Shown here: in pieces, positions 1-10,028 of the stretch
How the letters are laid out: each line of letters begins with the position of its first letter
Position numbering within the stretch: position 1 is the first letter of the stretch
Origin: Azolla caroliniana
Lineage: Eukaryota; Plantae; Polypodiophyta
NCBI GenBank assembly: GCA_043228905.1
Contig: JBHGNT010000022.1
Span: 3,286,001-3,350,000, forward strand
DNA length: 64,000 nucleotides
Direction of reading: 5' to 3'
Notes under the pieces: model-generated
Databases searched by the model: none
Seen by the model: the letters and a program-made list of their open reading frames with translations, nothing else
What the model was told of the DNA's origin: nothing
Made by a program: the position numbers and the translations under genes

Positions 1-78
1 GAGGTGGCCGAGATGGTCTAAAGCGCTAGATTAAGGTTCTAGTCCAAAAGGGTGTGGGTTCAAATCCCACTCTCATCA
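1..78 (+). pseudogene. tRNA-Leu(AAG)-like copy 1 (5' end cut by window edge; mismatches in D and variable arms)
   Basis: GAGGTGGCCGAGATGGTCTAAAGCGCTAGATTAAGGTTCTAGTCCAAAAGGGTGTGGGTTCAAATCCCACTCTCATCA resembles plant tRNA-Leu(AAG): A box, CTAGA-TTAAGGT-TCTAG anticodon arm, long variable arm, GGTTCAAATCC B box. Confidence 0.75.
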
Positions 79-138
79 TCGATGTAAAACAAACATGCGT
101 TGTTTTGATGACGAGTTGATTAGGCAACACCATAAGTG

Positions 139-219
139 GATGAGGTGGCCGAGTTGGTCTAAGGAGCTATATTAAGGTTCTAGTCCGAAAGGGCGTGGGT
201 TGAAATCCCACTCTCATCA
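139..219 (+). pseudogene. tRNA-Leu(AAG)-like copy 2 (degenerate)
   Basis: GATGAGG...CTCTCATCA 81-nt cloverleaf; D-stem/anticodon-stem substitutions (AAGGAGCTATATTAAG) and T-loop GGTTGAAAT instead of GGTTCAAAT. Confidence 0.75.
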
Positions 220-250
220 TCGATGTAAAACAAACATGCTTTGTTTTTAC

Positions 251-254
<4 letters not shown>

Positions 255-326
<72 letters not shown>
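255..326. repeat. compound (GA)n(GT)n microsatellite
   Basis: seen directly. Confidence 0.95.
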
Positions 327-332
<6 letters not shown>

Positions 333-639
333 CAACTACGCTTGTGCATGTGTTTGTATTTGACGATTTTGTGTGTGCGGGTGCATGCAATTGTGGATTG
401 TGGGCATGTATGTTTTTGTACCGACTAATATATTTTCTCTTTATGTGTTTGTAAATTTGTAATATATGTGTGTGTGTGTCTGTGCGTTAAAATAATTGTA
501 GTTTTAAGGGGTTGTAAACTTTTGGAATTTATAATAATTATTTGCTGGAATTTGTGGGCATTTTGTAAAATGGAGGCCCTAGGGTGTTTTGAGTGTGTAA
601 GGAGGATTGGACATAAATGTCGAAGACAGAAAGAATCAA

Positions 640-1362
640 TAGTGTGCACCTTATGACTTTGGTACTGAACTCAAGGTCAAAGAGATAAACCAATGACGAG
701 GAGGTTCATCATTAGACTTCTGATGGTGCAAGCATTGTTGCACAACATGCAACAACTCCTCTTGTAGTGCAATTGCTCTACATGATAAGTAGTGACCCGA
801 TCTGTCATGCAAAAGTTCCACACAATGGTCATTGGCTAATAATGATAGTTCCCTCGCCCCGATGGCTCAAGTTCCTTCATCTGGGATTGTACACAATATA
901 GTTTATGTTGGGCCCACAATTGTAGGACATGATATGGAACTCCTATGGTCTTTGATGGAAGGGCATTGGATCTACAAAATCCAAAGATGTGGGTGCAAAT
1001 CCCCCACCTTGTAAAAGCTATCAAGTTTGTGTGGGAGTTAGGAATCAAAAAATAAAATCACAAAACAAGAGTGAAGAAGTAGATCACACAAAGAAGAAGA
1101 AGAAGAAGGAAGAGGATAACAAGATGAGCTCTCTATTCACTATGATGAACAATGTGTCTATAAGTACGAGTGAAGCGAGAGCTATATATGGAACCCTAAC
1201 TTCCCTAAGTATTATGAACTACCACATATTAGTGTATCATGTATATGTGGTTACATGGGGGGGGAAACCTCTAGCCAACTACATAGTAAAAAGTAGCCAC
1301 GTATATGGAAATTGTTCACATCAAAGCTACTTGAGAGACACATAATTGTAACAAACCCTCCC
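640..1362 (-). mobile_element. old LTR-retrotransposon remnant (gag-like scraps plus LTR-like segment ~1027-1352)
   Basis: LTR-like segment ending TGTAACA next to a purine tract on the minus strand; weak gag-like peptide RAIALQEEL on the minus strand; heavily decayed. Confidence 0.3.
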
Positions 1363-1471
1363 TGGAGCGAATGATGTGAACACATACAGGGACTGATAGA
1401 TCATCATCCCCTACAAGGTAGTAAGCCTAAAGCTTTGCCAAAAGCTTCAAACTTATGCATGCATGTATGTA

Positions 1472-1767
1472 GTCGCCTTTGAAGATGCAATGATTAAGTA
1501 AGCAATTCGTGTCAAACATACATAGCGTTTCGGTCTAAACCCGTTAAGGATTAATCGGTTTGGATAAACTGGTGCTTAAACAAGTTTACGCTTAACCGGT
1601 TTGGTGAAACCCAGTTTAGGAGACGATTCGGTTCAAGTTTGAAATCTCCCAAATTGGTCAAGGCTTAACTGATTTGGCCACAAACCAGTTAAGCCGAAAC
1701 AAAACCGTTGTCGATTCCTATTGATGACACGAGTTGCTTGCTTAATCATTACATCTTCAAAGGCGAC
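1472..1767. mobile_element. MITE with ~43-bp terminal inverted repeats
   Basis: GTCGCCTTTGAAGATGCAATGATTAAGTAAGCAATTCGTGTCA at 1472 is the reverse complement (3 mismatches) of the segment ending GGCGAC at 1767; interior rich in AACC/GGTT motifs. Confidence 0.8.
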
Positions 1768-1779
1768 ATACATACATAC

Positions 1780-2094
1780 TGTTGAGAATCAAGCTCAACT
1801 TGGTCTAGTGTGTGAACTCACCTTGAGAGTGAATAAACACTCCAACGGTCAAGAGTCACCATTATGTCACCTCTTTGTATTCTAGCATTTAGTATTAGTC
1901 ATAGAATCACATTCTATGACACATAACTTATGAGCTTTCACATTCCCCATGCTCCATGAGTCTTGTAGTTAATGAAGAGAGAGGGTGACTATATAAAGCA
2001 CCCTCCTCCCACCTTGTAAAGAAGTCGTGTCTTTCCCCTTTGTTAAAATACTTAACCTTGCATATACACTGTGTGTGTCTCTCTCTCTTTATCT

Positions 2095-2131
<37 letters not shown>

Positions 2132-2176
2132 CACACCTATTCCGCTTCACAAGAATCAATCTCTTGATTCTTTACA
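1780..2176 (+). repeat. 5' LTR of Copia element 1
   Basis: TGTTGAGAATC...CTTTACA, near-identical to 7242-7626. Confidence 0.95.
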
Positions 2177-2338
2177 TGGTATCAGAGCGATTTGGTAGCT
2201 CGATCTAGCCCATTCGCCTCATCGTGATCGTGTGTTGTGCTCCACGCCGACGACCAAGAACCGGCTCCTCGCTATCGTAGCTTCGCTACATAGCTCGCAT
2301 TCGAAGAGAGAAGAAGAAGAAGAAGAAGAATCGACATA

Positions 2339-5300
2339 ATGAATACTCAAATGGGGAGCGCTCTCCCTACTAAGAAGTTGGATCGAAACAACTTCGCATC
2401 TTGGGAGTACAAGATGCACCAATACCTTGTCGGACAAGGCTATTGGAGCTACATCAAAGGAGCGCATGAAGACCGACCCGCCGAAGCAGCTCCCGGATAC
2501 GCGATATGGGAGCAAGCCGCAAGCCCGCGTGATGTATTGTTTGGCGACATGTGTTCACGACCACATGCTCGGTTACATTCGAGAAGCCAAGACGCCGAAG
2601 GAAGCGTGGGAAAATCTACGAAAGATTTTCGCCGCCAACACGACCGCAAGGAAGCCTCAACTCCGCCAAGAGTTGAACAACAATCAACAAAGGGACATGT
2701 CCATCACGACATACACCTTGAAGATTAAGGAGCTTTGTGACTCGCTCGACTCAATAAGCGTAAGTATAGATGATGATGAGATGGTGCAAATATGCCTCAA
2801 CGGCCTCGCACCATGGTTCGGCATGATGCGAACCGTCGTTCTAGCACAGGAGAAATCTCCCTCCTTCTTCGAGCTCCAATCAATGCTATTGGTCGAAGAA
2901 AACCACGTGCGTACAAGGAGCAATGAGTCGGAAGGCCACATGCTCTACATGCACTCTAATGGAGGAAGAGGACGTGGATGAGCGAGAGGCCGATTCGGCC
3001 AAGGACAAGGCGAACGAGGTCCGACCTACGACAACAACTCCCAATTTCGGCCGCAAAACGGAGGCCAACAAGGAACCTTCACAAGAAGGGGGCGCTTCCA
3101 CTCCGGCCCGAGCCGTCAAAACGCAATTGAATGCGGATATTGCGGAAAGCTCGGCGACCACGAAGAAGAGTGCCGAAAGAAGATGCGTGAATCAGCTTCC
3201 ACAAGCCTAGAACTCACGAATTACGCACACAATTCCGATTACGAAGAGTATAGCGGAATGTACGGGAACAACTCCGACTACGAAGATCATGGTGGAATGT
3301 ATGCACACAACTCCGACCGTGGCGGAATGTTCATGATGAAACATAGCGCAAACTCTATGTCGGCCTCTACCTCAACTAGTGCCTCCGGTCCGGAAGACGT
3401 ATGGTTCCGTCGATTCTAGTGCCTCGAACCATATGACATCGCATCAAGAATGGTTCCGAGAACTTCAAGAGCCGGACCAACCCGGCTATGTCGAAACCGG
3501 AGACGACACTACACACCCGATTCGGCACATCGACAATGTTCCGTTCGGAAAAGAAGGTAAGCAAAATTACATTAAAAATGTCTTGCATGTACCGACCATT
3601 ACGAAGAATTTGGTCTCCGTCGGCCAAATTGTAGAGCAAGGGATGCAAGTTCGATTTAATAAAGGTGGTTGCTTCATCGAAAAAGAGGGCCGACTCATCG
3701 CACGCGGACGAAGAGAGGGCCAAATGTTCATTCTCGACTCACACAAGATGAAATCAACCATGTTCGCAAAGGGCATGAAAGCCGACTCTGACATAGAGTT
3801 CTGGCACAAGTGGATTGGCCATATAAATCTCCAAAAGCTCAAAGCAATGAAATCGAAAGGACTCGTCATCGGACTCCCAACATTTAAAGAGAAGGAGATT
3901 GAAGGTGTATGCGAAGCGTGCCAATTCGGCAAGCAACACTGACACCCATTCCTGAAAGAGCGGAACATTAGCAAAGGTCTACTCGACGTAGTCCATTCCG
4001 ACGTATGGGGACCGGCGCAAACGGCTACATTCGGCGGATGCCGATATTACGTGCTCTTCATCGATGACTTCTCCAGGCACACTTGGATCTACCCGATGCG
4101 GCAAAAGAGCGAAGTGTTTGGACACTTCCAAACTTTCAAGAATGAAGTCGAGAAAGCCACGAGCCGACATGTACGTTGTCTTTGATCGGATGGTGGTAAG
4201 GAGTACTTCTCGGACAACTTCACGGCGTATCTCCAAAAGGAATGAATTCGGTGAGAATTCACTTGCCGACACACTCCGCAACAAAACGGGGTAGCTGAGC
4301 GCAAAAATCGGCACATCCTCAAAGTAGTGCGGGCCATGATGAATGAGAAGCATATGCCCACGTCATATTGGGCCGAAGCTGCAAATACGGTCGTCTACCT
4401 AATGAGTTTCCTACGATAGCGTACGTGCACATCCCCGACAAGAAGCGTCAAAAGCTTGACCGGAAGTCGGAGAAATGTATCCTCGTAGGATACTCATTGG
4501 AGCAAAAGGGGTACAAGTGCTACAACCCTTAAACTCGAAAATCTCGAGTAAGTCGAGTGTTGCCTCTTAGGAACACGGTCCGTGGTCAGTCCTTCGACCT
4601 AGACCCCAAGGTGGGTGTGGAACAACGAACAGAGCTTAAGCGTACTGCATAAGGAGAGACCCTCTGTGATTCCTTCGTGTGTAAGGGGAGACGGCTACAA
4701 CCGACTCCTTATCACAGGTTGCACTTACGTATCCGAGACACAGACACTGAATTAGTCGTAGCTATACACAGAAACTCAGAGAAGATAGTATTCTATTATC
4801 AGGCGTTCTTTTACATTTCCCAAAATTTACACGCACCTCCTTAAGAGGTTTTCTGCCCTTTATATATGCAGGGTATAATTAGCCGTTCCCGCTTCCCCGC
4901 GTGAACCGTTACATACGTTACGCTTTATATAGTTTCTTATTCCTACGCTTTTGGCTGTCGGTTACTATTCCGGCGGACAACATCGAGACGTCGTTTTTGA
5001 CGAGTCCGCATCTTGGTACGCACCAAAGACAACTCCAACTCTGACTCCGCTCGACCCGGAATTCGCCGAACAAGATATCGAGGATGAAGATCGCCTTACG
5101 CGCATATTCGAAGAAAGTCCGATCACGACCCGATTGAGCGGACCACAAGAGCCTTTGAGCAATCAAAGCACATCACGGCCTAGCCCGAAGATGGACAAAG
5201 GCAAGGCGAAAATGTCGGAATACGAAGCCGATCGCTTCAACGACGATGAGTCGACTCACTCACTCGACAGTGAGTTCGGCGGTTTCAAGGTACCAATCGG

Positions 5301-7005
5301 AGCTAAGAAAGCCCTCATCTCTGCAAATGAAAAACTCTGTCGATCCACCCGTGAAAAGAACACCGTAAGCGGATTCGGCTACAACAATTATATGGCGTAC
5401 CATTACGCCTTTATGATGAAGGTAGCGACAGTACGGGAGCTGGAAACCTTTTCGGAAGCCGCGAAGGACCCGTGATGGATCGAAGCAATGAACGAGGAGA
5501 TGCAGGCACTACGGAAGAACGAGACATGGGATCTCGTTTCCACCTCACCACACAAAAAGGCGATCAGATGCAGATGGATCTACAAGGTGAAGTATAATGT
5601 TGATGGCTCCGTAAACCGCTACAAAGCTCGACTCGTAGCGAAAGGATACGCTCAGACGCATGGCGTCGACTACGAAGAGACCTTTGCCCCGGTGGCAAAG
5701 ATGACGACGGTGCAGACCGTAATTGCGCTTGCCGCGGCAAAAGGGTGGCACCTCCATCAAATGGACGTCAAGAACGCCTTTCTACAAGGCGAATTAGAAG
5801 AGGAGGTGTACATGATACAACCACCCGGCTTCAACTCGAGCACCCATCCGAAAGTTGTATGCCGACTCAAGAAGCCACTCTACAGCCTCAAGCAAGCACC
5901 ACGTGCTTGGCATTCGAAGATAATGCAATATCTTCATCAAATCAGCTTCCGTATGTCATAATTGGACAACTCCCTCTACATATGAAGCGATTCCACAAGT
6001 CCGACCATCATCATTTAATATGTGGATGACCTAATAATTGGAGGTGAGCATCTAGTCGAAATCAATAAAGTCAAATCCCTCCTTTCCGACAAATTCGAGA
6101 TGACGGACATGAAGGAGCTCCACTACTTCCTCGGCATCGAGGTAATTCGAACTCTGGCCAAAATCATAATTTCTCAACGGCACTACATCCTCAACTTGTT
6201 ATACAAGTTCGGTATGGCTGAGTGCAAATCCGCGGCAACCCCGCTCGATCGCAATCTCAAACTCGATGCGAACTCCGGCACCAAAGTGTGTGAGCCGACT
6301 CAGTATCGGCAACTCATCGGGAGTCTCATCTACCTCACGATCACATGACCCGATCTCAGTTATCCGGTCGGTCTCCTTAGCCAATTCATGCAAACACCGC
6401 GTGATACTCACTTGGATTGCGCTAAGCGAGTTCTACGATACATGAGCGGCACAATGGATTGCGGCATCCTCTACAAGACCACGATGCCAATACGACTCGA
6501 GGGGTACACCGACGCCAATTGGGCCGACTATAAAGCTGATAGAAGATCAACCTCCGGATTTGTTTTCTCCCTCGGCAGCGGAGCAATATCCTGGAGTAGC
6601 AAGAAGCAGCCTATCATTGCTCTTTCGAGTACGGAGGCGGAATACAGGGGCGCAGCCGTAGCTGCGTGTGAAGTCGTATGGCTCAAGAGGATTTTGAAGG
6701 ATCTGGGTGTACCCATCAAGGATTCGACCTCCCTTTACTGCGACAACATGAGCAGTATCTATCTGGCTCGGAACCCGGTGTTCCACGCGCGGACAAAGCA
6801 CATCGAAGTGCACTATCACTTCATTCGAGAGCGCGTTCTAGCTGGCGATGTCGACCTACAACACATTAGCACCAATCTTCAAACGACTAACATCTTCACT
6901 AAAGCCTTAGGAGCCGACAAGCTATGGCAATTCATGACCGATCTCGGATTGACGATCCCTGACCTGCCAAGCTTGAGGGGGAGTACTGAAGAGACTATGC
7001 AATAA
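2339..7005 (+). pseudogene. Copia gag-pol polyprotein pseudogene
   Basis: ORF fragments 2339-2728, 2427-2981, 3379-3942, 4951-5475, 5488-5961, 6022-6348 and 6388-7005 in Copia domain order. Confidence 0.93.
4558..4982. mobile_element. solo LTR (unrelated family) nested in Copia integrase
   Basis: TGTTG...CAACA termini; 5-bp TSD TCGAG (4553-4557 and 4983-4987); removing it restores the RVSRDV motif seen intact at ~63495. Confidence 0.9.
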
Positions 7006-7241
7006 CGCGATTCCGCAACCACGCAACGAAGCCGCGAAGAGTTGATCTACCGCGCAAAGCCGCGAAGAAAGACACAAGCCGAAGCACAGACTTCGTAACT
7101 ACGCACAACGCAAGCTGGAGCACGGATCCCGTAACTCTACATAAATGCGAATCGACACGAGTCGATGCGGACTCCAGAACGCGAGTCGAAGCGAATTTCG
7201 GATATCGTCTGAAATCGACCCGACTTGAGCTTGAGGGGGCG

Positions 7242-7626
7242 TGTTGAGAATCAAGCTCAACTTGGTCTAATGTGTGAACTCACCTTGAGAGTGAATAAAC
7301 ACTCCAACGGTCAAGAGTCACCATTATGTCACCTCTTTGTATTCTAGCATTTAGTATGAGTCATAGAATCATATTCTATGACACATAACTTATGAGCTTT
7401 CACATTCCCCATGTTCCATGAGTCTTGTAGTTAATGAAGAGAGAGGGTGACTATATAAAGCACCCTCCTCCCACCTTGTAAAGAAGTCGTATCTTTCCCC
7501 TTTGTTAAAATACTTAACCTTGCATATACACTATGTGTGTGTCTCTCTCTCTCTATCTCATACACACACACACACACAGTTCACACCTATTCCGTTTCAC
7601 AAGAATCCATCTCTTGATTCTTTACA
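7242..7626 (+). repeat. 3' LTR of Copia element 1
   Basis: direct repeat of 1780-2176, about 8 substitutions by eye plus microsatellite length changes. Confidence 0.95.
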
Positions 7627-7895
7627 CATACATACATACATACATAGTACATACGTACATACACATATACATACATACATAGTATGTACGTACGTACGTA
7701 CGTACACATATACATACATACATACATATCGTGGAGAAGGCAAGCCAAGGCCCAATGACCCGAAAAAACATCGATGTAAATCCGAGAGTGAGTTAACGGC
7801 CGGAGTTTGTTGTTGTCCGGACAAGTGTGAACGCAGAAGAAGAAGGTGTGCAGAGAGAGACAAAAACTTTGGAAGAATTAGGTCACATACATACA

Positions 7896-8005
7896 TATAT
7901 AAAGACCAAGGCTCTCTCTCCCCTGCACCAGGTAAACCCTAACCAATCCCTAATCCCCTTGGATCTGTGTGGATTTGTTCTCATCCCCATGCTTCTAAAC
8001 CCTAA
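7896..8005 (+). promoter_or_regulatory. DPH1 promoter/leader: TATA-like box and two telo-boxes
   Basis: TATATAAA 7896-7903; AAACCCTAA at 7934 and 7997; telo-boxes are common upstream of plant translation-machinery genes. Confidence 0.5.
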
Positions 8006-8062
8006 CCCTACTTCTAAACCGTGTTTGATTATTGCAGCATCAACTGCTATCCCTTTGTAGAT

Positions 8063-10028
8063 ATGGTTCATCCCACCCCTGCCCTTACTGTTGTAGAAAA
8101 CAGCCGCATCGACGACAAGCCCTGTGTAGATATGGCAGAGCCAACCCTAGCCCTTAACCCTGGTCTCAGTGATGAAGGCAACAGCAGCGTCAAGGGCAAC
8201 CTAGGTGGAGGTATGGCATCGCCAAGCCAGAATTCTCACCCAAGCCCTAGCCCTAAATCAGAACAAAACCAAAGCCCTAATCCCAACTCCAACTCTAACT
8301 CCACCCTTGACCCTAATGGTGATGCAGGAAGCATTATTGTGAGCACTTCCACCAACACAAAGGAGAAGAAAGTAGCCCCACGCAGGTTTGTAAGGCAACA
8401 AGTACCGGATACAATCACCAATGACCCATCATTACTTGCAGCCATTGCAATTTTGCCTGCCCATTACAACTTGGAAATCCCAAAGACAATTTGGCGCCTG
8501 CGCCAGTCGAAAGCTAAGCGAGTTGCCCTCCAATTGCCAGAAGGTCTCCTCATGTTTGCACTTGTTTTATCTGATATCCTGGAGAAATTTGCCGATCTTG
8601 AAGAATGCTTCGTATTAGGTGATGTCACATATGGTGCTTGTTGTGTTGATGATTTCTCAGCTTTTGCACTGGGCGCTGACTTTTTGGTACATTATGGGCA
8701 TAGTTGCCTTGTTCCCATTGATTCATCCATGATACCTTGCTTGTATGTGTTTGTTGAGATTCACATTGATGTACTTCATTTAATCGATACAATTAAGCTC
8801 AATTTTGATCCACATGAGAGGGTGGCGATGGCGGGGACAATACAATTTGGACCAGCTGTTCATAGTGCAAAGGCTGCCCTTTCAGGTGTACATTTTGAAT
8901 CGGATGTGATTGTACCGCAAGAAAAGCCACTCTCGGGTGGAGAAGTACTGGGTTGTACTGCCCCTTCTATGCCACGCAACTCTGTGGATTCTTTTGTCTT
9001 TGTCTCAGATGGTCGCTTTCACATGGAAGCCTTCATGATTGCCAACCCTAGCATCAAAGCATTCAGGTTGGTTTATTTTGAAACCAAAAAACAAAATACA
9101 TTAGGTTTTTGCCCAAAAAGAAAGCTAAAAGGCAGTTTTAAATTGTAATTTATATAAGGACTTTGGAATTCATCAAAATGAAAACATTGTCAGACTAACA
9201 TGTTTGAAGAAGTTTAAAGCCTTGTTCTATTTATAAATTGTGAATTTACTCAAGGTATACAAAGTATCAAAATATGAATGTTTTTGGTTTAGAAATTCTT
9301 CAAAGTCCCATCTTTGCATCAATTTGAATATTTTATTTATGCATCATGAATTCATGACATAAAAATCTATCAAACTTTGAAAGTATTTCGTTCTAGGATA
9401 TTTTTAAAGATGTGGATGTAATTTACGATTCAAAGATGGTTTACAAAATATGGAACCAAAAGTTATGCTTAAAATTCCATATTGGTTCAGGTATGACCCT
9501 TATTCTAAGGTTTTATCTCTGGAAGAGTATGATCACAAGGGCATGAGAAGTGGTCGAGAGAAAGCTATCAAGCAAGCGAGTTCTTTTATTGGTAAGCAAT
9601 GGGGGGTTGTCTTAGGTACCTTGGGGCGTCAAGGAAACTTGAAAGTGTTATCCCATGTGGAGAAAAGGCTTGCTTCTCGAGAAATTGAATACAATGTATT
9701 TCTGGTATCGGAACTATCTCCGACAAAGATATCGTTGTTTGAAGATTCCATTCAAGTATGGGTGCAAATTGCTTGTCCAAGGCTATCAATTGATTGGGGA
9801 GAAGCATTCACTAAGCCTCTTCTCACACCTTATGAGGCAGAAGTTGCTCTTGGCTTTGTTGATGCACCTTGGAGCCGTAGCTGTTCTTCTTGCTCGTGCA
9901 ACGAAGAGAAGAATGGTGATGGTAATCACAAAGAAGAATACGATGTCTATCCAATGGATTACTATGCGAGAGATGGTGGACCTTGGAACTCTTCTTATGC
10001 ACCAAAACCACGGCCAAGGAAAGTGTAA
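8063..10028 (+). CDS. DPH1: diphthamide biosynthesis protein 1 (2-(3-amino-3-carboxypropyl)histidine synthase subunit); exons 8063-9066 and 9491-10028
   Basis: motifs VALQLPEGL, GDVTYGACCVDD, VHYGHSCLVP, GEVLGCTAP, DGRFHME, LGTLGRQG, QIACPRLSIDWG, YPMDYY; GT-AG intron joins AFR|YDPY in frame; start could be 8063 or 8132. Confidence 0.93.

Larger units (their letters stand above)
1..254 (+). repeat. 141-bp tandem repeat (tRNA-Leu plus spacer), end of array
   Basis: 1-113 aligns with 142-254, including the post-tRNA spacer TCGATGTAAAACAAACATGC. Confidence 0.85.
1780..7626 (+). mobile_element. full-length Ty1/Copia LTR retrotransposon, degenerate gag-pol
   Basis: LTRs 1780-2176 and 7242-7626 (TG...CA); TSD CATAC both sides; PBS TGGTATCAGAGC 2177-2188; PPT before 7242; gag, Zn knuckle, protease (DSSASNHM), integrase, RT (YKARLVAKG, YVDD) and RNaseH, with stops and frameshifts. 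Confidence 0.97.
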
